From Chloroflexota bacterium (lineage in GTDB: Bacteria; Chloroflexota; UBA11872; VXNJ01), in contig OZ253449.1 in assembly GCA_965261345.1 (NCBI GenBank), forward strand, positions 1,344,001 through 1,408,000: a DNA stretch of 64,000 nt, read 5' to 3'. The position numbers and the translations under genes are program-made. The notes under the pieces were generated by a model. It was not told the origin of the DNA, did no database searches, and saw nothing but the letters and a program-made list of their open reading frames with translations. Below are positions 11,101 to 20,192 of the stretch, one piece after another. Each line of letters begins with the position of its first letter. Within the stretch, counting starts at the first letter, position 1.

Positions 11101-13447
11101 GCCTGCCGTAAGTGCCATCCAACTCGGGGACAACCACTTGACTGACGAACGATCCATTGGAGGCGAATTGAAAGATGCGCAACGATTGCCCCCGGAGTGT
11201 GGCCACCGCAAATCGCCCATTCCACTCCTCCCAGTCGCTGCCGGCAAGGAAGGTGCCGCCGCTGGTTGCCAGGGTCGGATCTCCCGATGACCAATTGGCC
11301 TCGATCGCGTCAGGGAACTGCGCGAGGTCGGTCATGGGGACGCTTTGGTTGTAGCCGGGGATCGGGTGCCAGCCATAGTTCCCGCCCGCCACCAGCAGGT
11401 TGATCTCGTCGTCGACAGAAGGCCCGTGCTCGACCGACCAAACCTGGTTTGTCCCTGGTCGGACCGCCAGACCCTGCGGGTTGCGGTGGCCATAGGTGTA
11501 GATCCGTGTGCCAAACGGGTTACCCGGCGCGGCATCACCGGTGGCGGCGTTCACCCTGAGCACCTTGCCGCCGAGCGAGCCAAGGTCCTGCGGAACAGTC
11601 CCTGTAACGGCGTCGCCGGTTGCGATCCACAAGTAACCCTGCGGGCCAAAAAGCAGGCGGCAGCCGCTGTGGTTGGTAGCGGCCGGGATGCCGCCGACAA
11701 GCGGGTCATTTACACGCGTGGCCGACAGGTATTCCGAATCGATCGTCCAGGCGATGACCTGCACCTCGAACCCCGTTTGAACCTGGCAGGTGTAGATCCG
11801 CCGGTTTACGGTGAAATCGGGATCGATGACGATCGCCATCAGCCCGGCCTCACCGACCGAGTTCACATCGGAGAAATCGGCGCTTACCGTCTGGATGGTG
11901 CCATCCGTGAGGCGGCTGCTCAATTTGCCGTTCCGCTCGGTGAACAGCATAGTACCGTCAGGGACGAATGCTATGTCCCAGGGAATGGTCAACCCGGAGA
12001 TGAGTTCTACGACCGTGATCTCGGGCGCGAGTTCACCGTCGCCGACCATACGTCCCGATACGGCCTCGGCGGTCTTGCCTGAGCCCTCCGCATCCGTGTA
12101 ATCGGCGCGGGCCCGGATGTACGTCCCGACGTCGTCGCTTCCTGGCGTGTAGCTGGAACCACTCCCCGGCAAACCGGTCCAGATGGTTTGGTCGGTGGAC
12201 TTGGTCCACCGCCAGCTAACGGCGCGTTCGCCACCGTCCGGGTCGTCGAGCTTGGCGCTGAGCACCATTCCGACCCGGGGTTGAGCCGGCCACAGCGAAA
12301 TCACTCCCGGTTCGTCAGAGTTGCTGACGGTAATTGTGACCGCGATCTCGCCGGCTAGGCCGAAGGTATCCATTGCAATAACGGTCACTGAGAATTCGGA
12401 TCTGGTCTCGCGGTCAAGCACGGTTTCCGAGCGCAATTGGCCGCTGCCGGCATCAATCCCGAAGAGACCCGCATCGGGGCCGGCGAGGGAGTAGTTCAAG
12501 GTTTCGCCGTCCGGGTCCGTGGCCTCGACCGGGGCCCCGAACTCCGTCCCGCGACCGACGTTTTCATCAACGGTGCGGGCGCCGTCCTCAGTGTCCGGGA
12601 AGGTTGGGGCAATTGACCGCCGGGTGAACGTTAGCGCAGCGATCGGATCCGATGAGAACCTGCCGGTGCCGGAGATGTTTGTGATGGTGCCCTGCGGCGT
12701 GGTGGCGACGCTGGGATTGAGCGCAAAGTCTGTCCCGTCCTCGGTGCCGGCATCCCAGGGAAAGAGGTCCACCGCGCGCGAAGCAATCCAGCTATCTTGG
12801 TTGTCGAGCAAGCTCAGCCCGGAGACGCCGACGAACCAGTCGTGGCTCGGCGCGATCATCGTCGTCAGCGTTACCCGCGGGTGTACTTCGGTGACGGTGA
12901 CCAGGCTCAGCGTACGCGTGCCCGTTGGGCCGGTGTTGGTGGACCCATCTTGGAGGACGCTCAAGGCGGAGGGCGGAACGTTTGCTATCGCCGCCTGAAC
13001 CTCGCTGCGAAGGGCCGACGTCCCTCCGACTTCGGCCATGGATTCGATCCCGGGGCTGGCCGTCCCACCGGCCTCGAAAAAAGTGACCCCATCGTTGTGA
13101 ACCCCTCCGATCAAGGGCGAGAAATGCGCTCCGCCGGGCAACCCGCCCGGCGTGACGGCGCTCGTCCACTGCCCCTCAAATTTGATGTCGTAGATGGCCG
13201 ACGAAACAGATGTGACCGCCAATTGGCTCCCGGGCGAGGGCGGCGATTCGACGAGCACGGCCCGCCCAGCGGACATGCCTGCGGATCCGGTCGAAGGGTT
13301 CGTTGAAGCTGCAATTGGCGCCTGTGCCAGCACGAGACAGAGCAGCAACAAACAGGCGGCCAGGACCCATTTTGCCGCCCGGTGCCCCAACGGCCCCGAG
13401 GACGCCCTGGCCGACCGACCGTGCGTGCCCGAACCTACCCGGAGCAT
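8111..13447 (-). CDS. Large surface protein: Spondin_N + cadherin/Ig repeats + PQQ-dependent sugar dehydrogenase (GSDH) + Chloroflexi-type C-terminal repeat
   Basis: Signal peptide. Spondin_N motifs HFSPLIGGVH, MIAPSHDWFVG, WDAGTE. Cadherin motifs ATDPDG, LDRETRSEF, DFEDPADANRDNAY. GSDH motifs IPWDIAF, GEAGL, YGHRNPQG, DEINLL. Gly/Pro linker, then RWGYPTSE...QFYQRGVVDFH and GGVEAFGFPKSEA...QYFQAAVVEFH. Confidence 0.88.
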   Translation of the reverse strand: MLRVGSGTHGRSARASSGPLGHRAAKWVLAACLLLLCLVLAQAPIAASTNPSTGSAGMSAGRAVLVESPPSPGSQLAVTSVSSAIYDIKFEGQWTSAVTPGGLPGGAHFSPLIGGVHNDGVTFFEAGGTASPGIESMAEVGGTSALRSEVQAAIANVPPSALSVLQDGSTNTGPTGTRTLSLVTVTEVHPRVTLTTMIAPSHDWFVGVSGLSLLDNQDSWIASRAVDLFPWDAGTEDGTDFALNPSVATTPQGTITNISGTGRFSSDPIAALTFTRRSIAPTFPDTEDGARTVDENVGRGTEFGAPVEATDPDGETLNYSLAGPDAGLFGIDAGSGQLRSETVLDRETRSEFSVTVIAMDTFGLAGEIAVTITVSNSDEPGVISLWPAQPRVGMVLSAKLDDPDGGERAVSWRWTKSTDQTIWTGLPGSGSSYTPGSDDVGTYIRARADYTDAEGSGKTAEAVSGRMVGDGELAPEITVVELISGLTIPWDIAFVPDGTMLFTERNGKLSSRLTDGTIQTVSADFSDVNSVGEAGLMAIVIDPDFTVNRRIYTCQVQTGFEVQVIAWTIDSEYLSATRVNDPLVGGIPAATNHSGCRLLFGPQGYLWIATGDAVTGTVPQDLGSLGGKVLRVNAATGDAAPGNPFGTRIYTYGHRNPQGLAVRPGTNQVWSVEHGPSVDDEINLLVAGGNYGWHPIPGYNQSVPMTDLAQFPDAIEANWSSGDPTLATSGGTFLAGSDWEEWNGRFAVATLRGQSLRIFQFASNGSFVSQVVVPELDGTYGRLRTPLLGPDGALYITTSNGGGSDRILKVVPNRPPEFPSPSSAESVPENSSAATVIATVTATDPDGGPLTYSLSGRDAAYFNIADVRVGQVRANAALDFEATHSYEVVVTVADPYGLTDSVTLTISVTNVNEAPVIAGPPIVNYQENSTQAVATYTANDPENDSITWSVEGADGEKFEISDRGQLTFKASPDFEDPADANRDNAYGVTVIASDGEISGSRAVAVRVINLNETPVVGPPAAVSIREGDTREVANFDADDPEKIIVAWSLQGADRNAFVINGDGALRFAVTPNFENALDAGGDNEYLVVVGASDGPNTGTRTVTITVVNDEEAGTLNLSSLQPRIGIQLTAILDDPDGGVSGSTWSWDQSSDGRTWSGIGGAMGNTYTPADSDLNQFLRVRTAYSDSRGGGKSAEATSRYRTEVAPATNEDPVFSGGLPGLEVPENALSGAAVGPTITADDPDNDTLTYTLTAGDTDFFTIDHMTGQIRVGPNTHLDYETRSAYSITVTTNDPSNASSSTTAAIAVTDINEPPEAANDIASTLEDEEVSINVLANDRDPESATLTVTLRRAPQFGSAQVQQDNSITFDPEADYHGGVTFAYRVSDGVNFSTDASVAVTIQSVNDAPEFAAGSIDRTVAARPAAGTKAGPPVEALDRDGDTLTYRMFGPDAQFFDIDQYTGQITVADSIPPIELAETEYMVEITATDPSGASARVPVTLTATSDPAPPIRRGGGGGGGGGGRPPPEPELVVPTIDYRLKVLDHRFEIARGNPDLAHNIPELEITFANGQVRTADFLGHYLRAGGRTRWGYPTSEVLVLEDGTLTQFYQRGVVDFHNLGNGWIVERRLAWDYVGGGEGGAIDQGVEPSVLNPHPGTPLGPWGHKVSNLSVEGDEVGFADFFAKLGGVEAFGFPKSEARRDQDLIGRLRAPGTTAGFVRQYFQAAVVEFHPQGPGETVKLTLLGDILRGILVPDFAEHPPFARADRLVNDDEFTPYLVPHEI

Positions 13448-13735
13448 CGCATCTGGCCCCGTTGGCGATTTAGGCGGGCCAACGGCCTCAATTCACGCAA
13501 CCGTCGGCCGGACGGAATGATTGCACCCGGCCGCGCCGCCCTGCCCGGGCGGCCGGACAAGAACTTGGCGGGCCACCATCGGCTCACGGGGAGTCACAGT
13601 CAATTTCGTCGGCCCTTCGCCGTGGCCGAACCGCCCAAACAGGCAATTGCTTGGTAGCAGAACAAAAAGCCCCGGTCGGCCAGCGATTGGGCTTAGGGTG
13701 AATCAACGGCGGCGAAAGGCACGCAGCCCAGCGAG

Positions 13736-15163
13736 GTGGCGCCCATGCTCAAAAAACCCAACATTCTGGTGGTAATGAGCGACCAGCATTCGCGCAGATA
13801 CGCTTCCTCCTACGGACACTCATTCGTCCGGACCCCCAACATGCAACGGCTAGCCGACGAGGGGGCCACCTTCGATAATGCCTACTGCAACTCACCGATC
13901 TGCGGGCCCTCGCGGGCCTCGTTTATGACCGGTCGGTACGTGCCGGACGTGGAAGCCTGGGACAACGCGACCGTTTTGCACAGCGACGAGCCAACCTGGG
14001 CGCATCTGCTCAACGCGGCCGGATATGACACCGTCCTGTCCGGCAAGATGCACTTCCAGGGGGCCGACCAGATGCACGGCTTCAAACACCGAGTTCTCTC
14101 TGATGTGCACGGAAACTCCAGCCCGGAACTTGCGGCCAATTGGGCCGAGTGGCTTCCCGAAACTGCCGCGGCCGACATGACCATGTTCACCGAGGTCGGT
14201 CCGGGCGAACACCCCTACTCGGCCTATGACGAAGTTGCCAGCGCGCACGCTAGTACCTACATACGCGCGCAGAGGAACGCCGACCGCCCTTGGGCGCTGC
14301 TGGTGGGCCTGATCACCCCGCACTACCCGTTCGTGGTCAGGCCCAAGTACTGGGACATTTACTATCCAGAGCACGCCGACTTGCCCGACGTGCCGGCCCA
14401 TATGGACGATGTCCATCCGCACAAGCGGCGGCTGGCCGAATGGTTCTCCTTTACCGATGTTCCCGACGATCTTGCGGCCCGGGCGCGGGCCGGCTATTAC
14501 GGCCTGATTACCTACACCGATGACTGCCTTGGGTCAATACTGGAAGCCATCGACGAATCCGGTCAGGCTGATGAGACGGTTGTGGTTTACACATCCGACC
14601 ACGGCGAGGGTGCCGGCGAGCACGGCATGTGGAACAAACACACTTTTTACGAGAACTCCGTTGGCGTGCCGCTGCAGATCCGCTGGCCCGGCCGAATACC
14701 ACCCGGCGCCCGCGTGGCCCAACCGGTATCACTGGTCGACCTGACCAAGACGATCATCGACGCCGCAGGGGCCAAAGCTCCTCAAAGTTGGGCGGGCGAG
14801 AGCCTGCTGCCGCTGGCCACCGGCCAGGCCGAAGGGAGCGACGGACTGGTCATTTCCGACTTTCTGGCCGACGGCAGCTGGTCGGCGTGCCGCATGGTAC
14901 GCGCAGGCAATCTCAAGTACAACTACTACCACGGAGAGCCGGAAGAGCTATTTGATTTGGCAACCGATCCGACCGAATTAACCGATCAAAGTTCGAACCC
15001 GTCCTATACCCAGTTGCTGCATGATCTGCGGGCCAAGGCCATGGTCGGCTACGACCCCGAAGAAGTAACCGCTCGGGTTTTGCTCTCGCAAAAGAAGCGC
15101 AAATTGGTTCGCGCTGGTTACGCGTTTGGCGGCAGCGGACCATGGGTTCCAGGGAGGCCTTAA
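13736..15163 (+). CDS. Sulfatase (choline-sulfatase-like)
   Basis: PNILVVMSDQH, CGPSRASFMTG (CxPxR), GKMH and YTSDHG. Confidence 0.93.
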   Translation: MAPMLKKPNILVVMSDQHSRRYASSYGHSFVRTPNMQRLADEGATFDNAYCNSPICGPSRASFMTGRYVPDVEAWDNATVLHSDEPTWAHLLNAAGYDTVLSGKMHFQGADQMHGFKHRVLSDVHGNSSPELAANWAEWLPETAAADMTMFTEVGPGEHPYSAYDEVASAHASTYIRAQRNADRPWALLVGLITPHYPFVVRPKYWDIYYPEHADLPDVPAHMDDVHPHKRRLAEWFSFTDVPDDLAARARAGYYGLITYTDDCLGSILEAIDESGQADETVVVYTSDHGEGAGEHGMWNKHTFYENSVGVPLQIRWPGRIPPGARVAQPVSLVDLTKTIIDAAGAKAPQSWAGESLLPLATGQAEGSDGLVISDFLADGSWSACRMVRAGNLKYNYYHGEPEELFDLATDPTELTDQSSNPSYTQLLHDLRAKAMVGYDPEEVTARVLLSQKKRKLVRAGYAFGGSGPWVPGRP

Positions 15164-15389
15164 CTTCGACCTTGCAATTGCGGAGATTTCTCCGGCGGCA
15201 TAGCAGAGTTGTGGCAACTTCGAGTCCGACCGGTACGGGGCAAGGCAGAGGCGAGTAGACCGCAGTGAGACTGTCATAGTCGCGGTATCTACGGTTGTCA
15301 TCGCAAAAGAAGCGATGGTGCCGCAACCACGCGATTGACAATCTCTAACGCGGTACGTGCATTAACCACAATGACCAGAGGTAATTTCG

Positions 15390-16790
15390 TTGAAGGCTGA
15401 GGAGATCACAACGCGCGGGATGTTGAATGTCGAGGAGTTGCGGACGGCGGTCGAAGCAGGCTCGATCGACACCGTGATCCTGGCGTTTCCGGATTTATAC
15501 GGAAAGATGCTGGGGAAGCGATTGGACGCTTCTTTCTTCCTGTCGGACGTGGCGGGTGGCACCCACGTTTGTGACTATCTCTTCACGGTGGACATGGAGA
15601 TGGAGCCAGTTCCGGGATACGAGTTCTCGAGCTGGGACAGCGGTTACGGGGATATTCATCTGGCGCCGAATCTGGGTACGATGCGCAAGCTGGCTTGGCT
15701 CGACCGGACCGCCCTTGTGATCTGCGACGCACAAGCCGAACCGGGGCACGACCCGGTGGCGGTGGCGCCGCGCTCCATGCTGCGCAGGCAAATAGAGCGT
15801 TTGCATGCGCTGGGCTTCGGCGCGATGGCGGGTTCAGAGCTGGAGTATTACCAGTTTCGGACGACTTACTTGGAGGGGGCGCGGAACGGGTATCGCGATC
15901 TGCGCGAGAGCGGGTGGTACATCGAGGACTACCATCTGCTCCCGGGAACGCGGACGGAGGACCTTAACGGGGCGTTTCGTCGCCACCTTGCAGCGTCGGG
16001 AATCCCTGTCGAATCGACCAAGGGCGAGTGCGGCCGAGGCCAGCACGAATTGAACATCCGCTATGCTCCGGTGCTGGAGATGGCCGACCGGCATATGTTG
16101 CTAAAACAAGCGGTAAAAGAGATTTCGGACCAACTTGGCGCCAGCGCCACCTTCATGGCGAAGCCAGACGCGAACCAGGCCGGATCGAGTTCCCATCTGC
16201 ACGTGAGTCTGTGGGCGGATAAGGATGGAGAACTAACGAATGCATTTTCGGGGCAGGAGGATCTGGCTGGGGTCGCGTGCTCGGACGAATTTCGCTGGTT
16301 CCTGGGCGGGCTGATGCGATATGTGCCAGAGTTCATGGTTTTCTATGCTCCGACGGTGAATTCGTACAAGCGATTTCAGCCGGGGAGCTGGGCCCCGACG
16401 GCGTTGGCGTGGTCGCCGGACAACCGCACCGCCGGTATCCGGGTCGTAGGCAGTGGGTCGACGCTGCGGATCGAGTGCCGGATTCCAGGAGCCGACGTCA
16501 ATCCTTATCTCGCCTACTCAGCGGTTCTCGCATCGGGCATGGCCGGCATCGAAGGGCGAATCGAGCCGCCGCCAGCGTACCTCGGAGATGTCTATTCGGC
16601 TCCAGACGAGATGCTGCTGCCGAGGAATCTGGAGGAGGCAATCGAGGCCTTTTTGAGCAGCGAGCTGGGGCGTTCGGCGTTCGGCGCGGACGTTATGGCT
16701 CATTACGTGCATTTCTTCTCCACGGAGGCGGGCGCTTTCAGGCGCGCGGTGACGGATTGGGAGCGTATTCGCTACTTCGAACGGATCTAG
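15390..16790 (+). CDS. Glutamine synthetase family protein (likely gamma-glutamyl-amine ligase)
   Basis: DLYGKMLGKR, GSELEYY, KGECGRGQHELN, TFMAKP, SSSHLHVSL, NSYKR, DNRT, RIECRIPGADVNPY. Confidence 0.92.
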   Translation: MKAEEITTRGMLNVEELRTAVEAGSIDTVILAFPDLYGKMLGKRLDASFFLSDVAGGTHVCDYLFTVDMEMEPVPGYEFSSWDSGYGDIHLAPNLGTMRKLAWLDRTALVICDAQAEPGHDPVAVAPRSMLRRQIERLHALGFGAMAGSELEYYQFRTTYLEGARNGYRDLRESGWYIEDYHLLPGTRTEDLNGAFRRHLAASGIPVESTKGECGRGQHELNIRYAPVLEMADRHMLLKQAVKEISDQLGASATFMAKPDANQAGSSSHLHVSLWADKDGELTNAFSGQEDLAGVACSDEFRWFLGGLMRYVPEFMVFYAPTVNSYKRFQPGSWAPTALAWSPDNRTAGIRVVGSGSTLRIECRIPGADVNPYLAYSAVLASGMAGIEGRIEPPPAYLGDVYSAPDEMLLPRNLEEAIEAFLSSELGRSAFGADVMAHYVHFFSTEAGAFRRAVTDWERIRYFERI

Positions 16791-17114
16791 TGAACGCAGA
16801 TTTAGAGTTGCCAACCCTGTTGCCTGCATCTCTGGACGCGGTCTTCACACTCGGTTCCAGCCTCTCGCACACACGGATGCGTCATCTCCTTGACAACTAT
16901 CCGCCTGATCGGGCCGGCCACCGGGACCGGCAAGCGGCCATCGCCGAATCGGCTTCAATTGCCGCAGGTGTTTAAGCTAGCAAACCTCTCCGCTAACTTC
17001 GCCCCTGACCGGTCTCTCTCTTTCGGAGAAACGATGTTTGCCACATCCCGATCAGCGCGGAGGGACAGGACGCACCTTGCGGGTTTGAAACAATGAAATT
17101 ACGTGTCCGGCCTA

Positions 17115-17692
17115 TTAATCACGTAATCCTTTGCCATCGAAGATTTTGCGCCGGTTCTTCTCGATGCGTCCCGCCCGTGTCTTTGATTGTTTGGCATCGG
17201 CGAAATGCTAGATGTAGCCGCGTTGCCGTCCGGGTGTCAACCTCTCAAACGCGGCTTTGAAATCTGGGTCATTGCCAAACGTATCGATAAGTTCTTCCGG
17301 GTATTCGATCTCTGCTGCTTCACGTTGCTCTAGCTCTAGGCCTGCTTTTTCGGCTTCGATTGCCTCGTGGACATAGGCTTTGTGCTTTTTTTAATCCTTC
17401 TAACGTCCTGAGCACTGGTGAAGCGCATCCGGTATCCGACACGCGAATTGGGCCCCGGCCGCTCGAGCATGCCGGCCGGATCTTTTAGCAACCCGCCCTT
17501 GAAGAACAAGAGTGCGAGGAAGTCTTTGAAACGCTGAATGATGCAAATGTTTTTGCCGTTATCGGTGTAGCAGGGCTTTCCCCACTTCTGCTCTTCGACC
17601 AAGCCGCATTCCAAAAGGATCCCTCGCAGTTCATCCGCTTCTTGCCGCCAAAGCTCGGCGAATCTATCGACCTCGGGACTTTTGGCCATCAA
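17115..17692 (-). pseudogene. YdeI/OmpD-associated (DUF1801) family protein, frameshifted with an internal TAG
   Basis: N-part EEQKWGKPCY...LLFFKGGLLKDP. After a frameshift near 17390 it continues AYVHEAIEAEKAG...AAFERLTPGRQRGYI*HFADAKQSKTRAGRIEK...GKGLRD*. Confidence 0.85.
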
Positions 17693-17978
17693 TTCAATTC
17701 GCGTTTACGGGCGATCTGTTCAAAGCGAGAAATTGCGCATTGCATGGGCTGTGCAAGAGTGTGGCGGGAGCATACCGGCGGATTGTTCCCCGGCGGCAAG
17801 ATCGGTCCGGAGTCATGTCGCCCCGGTCGGCCGCCGAATCGTCTCAACGCGTCAAACAATTTCGCGCGGTGCCTGAGATGCGTGCGTTGCGACGCAGATT
17901 GGTAGGTGGGATTTGGCGACGGCAAACGATCGGGTCAAGCCCCGGGGCATTGAACAGAACCATTCCTCGAATTAACAG

Positions 17979-19520
17979 TCAAGCGTAATCAGCGCCGGTG
18001 AGGCTTCTTAGGACAGATTCCTGCCAGCGCCGAAGATCTGCAGCCAATCGGTCGACCGTATCTGGTTCATCGCCAGCGATATTGTTCTGCTCGGCCTGAT
18101 CGGTGCGCATATTAAATAGCTCATGGCCGGCATTGGCTGCGCCGTCGACAACGAGCTTGTATCCCGGTTCAAGGACTGCCCGTGGCCCGGCAAAGTCACG
18201 CGCTGCGATGTGCGGGTGATGGAAGTTTTCAAAATTGCGCGTGAAACGACCCTCCATTGATTTGACCAGTGGAGTGGTGCCGATCTGCAGGCCGGGATCG
18301 ATATAGGGCACCGCATCCTTAGCCACCTCGCCAGCAAAGTGCCAGAAATGGATGGGCTCGGGCCGCTCGTCCCATTCCCCATCAAATGCCGGTACCAGGC
18401 TGATGCCGTCAAGCGGCCGGCCGGCCGGTTCCAAGCCGGTCAGATCGCACAGCGTCGGTAACATGTCGCTGGTTACGCCCTGCACCGAAATATGGCGGGA
18501 GCGCTCGAACCGACCGGGCCATTCGAGGACGGCAGGTACGCGCACGCCGCCTTCGTATACGAGGCCCTTCTGGCCCCGCAACGGGGAGGCCAACCGGCTC
18601 TCCACGGGTGCCCCGTTGTCCCCGCAGTACCAGAGCAGGGTCTGATCGCTCACACCTTCTTTGGTAAGGAATTGCCGCAAATTCCCGATGGCCCTGTCCA
18701 TGGCCGTGATCTCGGCAAACCGCGCCCGCAGCACCCGGTCTAGGCGCATCTCTTCAGGTCGACCGGTCTCGTGCGAGGTGATCCGGGCGGATTGGCCTTG
18801 CAGCAACTGCGGCAGATCGTTGTAGAGAGCCAAGTCGGAATCGAGCCCGCTGTAGGGTTCGTGCGGCGAACCAAACCAGATGACTACGAAGAATGGGCGC
18901 CCAAGCGCCCGTGCACTCGAAATAAAGCGATTCGCCGCATCGACGATAACCTCGGAGCTTTCGCCTTGATGGATCTGCGGCGGCCCGCCGTTGTGCGAAA
19001 GCGGTGGATCCAGCTCGAAGAAGTTGTCATGCGAGAGCCACTCGTCGAATCCCATCGCCCCCGGATTGGTAGGCGATTCGGCCTTGACGGGACCCAGATG
19101 CCACTTGCCGAAGTGCCCGCAGGCGTAGCCGGCCCGACGCAGGATCTGAGCCAAGGTGACTTCTTCGGGTCGGATCGACCAGTTTGGTGCAAACGTGCCG
19201 CAGCGATTTGGATGGCGGCCGGTCATCACGCTCGCCCGGGTCGGCGAGCAAAGCGGGGCAGCCGAGTAGAAGCGGTCCAAACGCAACCCGGAACCAGCCA
19301 TCTCGTCCAGGACCGGGGTGAGAACGTGGGGATGACCGCTGTATCCGGTTTCGTGCCAGCCATGATCGTCGCCCATGAGCAGCACGATGTTCGGCGCTTG
19401 CGACGAGAGTTGGAGATTTGCCACCAAAGGCTCGGGGTCCGTTTTCGAGGCAGCGGCAGCCGGGGTCGGTGAGTTGATCGCCAGCGGGACGTGAGGAGGG
19501 GTGGCCATTGATTCGGGCAT
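17979..19520 (-). CDS. Sulfatase (arylsulfatase-like)
   Basis: PNIVLLMGDDHG, CSPTRASVMTGR, GKWHLG, GDNG, YEGGVRVP. The start is uncertain; the ORF-track extension to 20021 looks non-coding. Confidence 0.9.
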   Translation of the reverse strand: MPESMATPPHVPLAINSPTPAAAASKTDPEPLVANLQLSSQAPNIVLLMGDDHGWHETGYSGHPHVLTPVLDEMAGSGLRLDRFYSAAPLCSPTRASVMTGRHPNRCGTFAPNWSIRPEEVTLAQILRRAGYACGHFGKWHLGPVKAESPTNPGAMGFDEWLSHDNFFELDPPLSHNGGPPQIHQGESSEVIVDAANRFISSARALGRPFFVVIWFGSPHEPYSGLDSDLALYNDLPQLLQGQSARITSHETGRPEEMRLDRVLRARFAEITAMDRAIGNLRQFLTKEGVSDQTLLWYCGDNGAPVESRLASPLRGQKGLVYEGGVRVPAVLEWPGRFERSRHISVQGVTSDMLPTLCDLTGLEPAGRPLDGISLVPAFDGEWDERPEPIHFWHFAGEVAKDAVPYIDPGLQIGTTPLVKSMEGRFTRNFENFHHPHIAARDFAGPRAVLEPGYKLVVDGAANAGHELFNMRTDQAEQNNIAGDEPDTVDRLAADLRRWQESVLRSLTGADYA

Positions 19521-20192
19521 CGGTTCTAAGGGATGGGTAGTTGCGTTAAGCGAGTTCGGGCGCGGGACGGCACGAAAGTTGTCTCCGCCAGAACATTTGA
19601 ACCGACCAGCTGGATTCGCCTTGAATGCCTCCGGATCAAGGAAGGCTCCCGGTGGGCATCGGGAAGAAACCACATGCGGGTAAGTCGACTGTGCGTTTCT
19701 TCGACACATTACCTGGCTCCCATCAACGATAGAACCGGCCACAGCGCGATTTCGGTTGGGCCCAGACTCCTTCGCCTGCGACGGTTCGCAACGCCTAGAT
19801 CCATTCCCGCCAGTTTGCCACCAGGCGGATGTGACGCGGCAATCTGACCACCGAGGTGTTGGCGTCCTGCCCGTGCAGGTGAACTGTAAAACCCATTCCG
19901 GCGGCGGTCCGTCAAGCGCGAACGATGTCTGCCACGTACAAATTTCGGTTGCCACATTTTTGGCGGCCTTGGAAAGATTGAAGTTTTCGGATAGTGTGGC
20001 GGTGATCGGCAAGAAGATCAAGAACGACTCAGGCGGTGGCCAGAATAAGGACTAGCTTCAAGGGGCAGGTGCCCAGGGAATCCGGGTTCGAGGATCCTAA
20101 AGGTGGTGACTTGGCTCCCCGGGCAATAGCCAACCCTTCCCCGAACAACCGATCTCGCCCGCTCCCAAAGGCGCCGACAGGAGGAATCCGAC

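Noticed and set aside
19521-20021. Long N-terminal extension of the 680-aa sulfatase ORF
   Set aside because: The translation looks non-coding and has no signal-peptide or domain features. The sulfatase domain starts near 19400.
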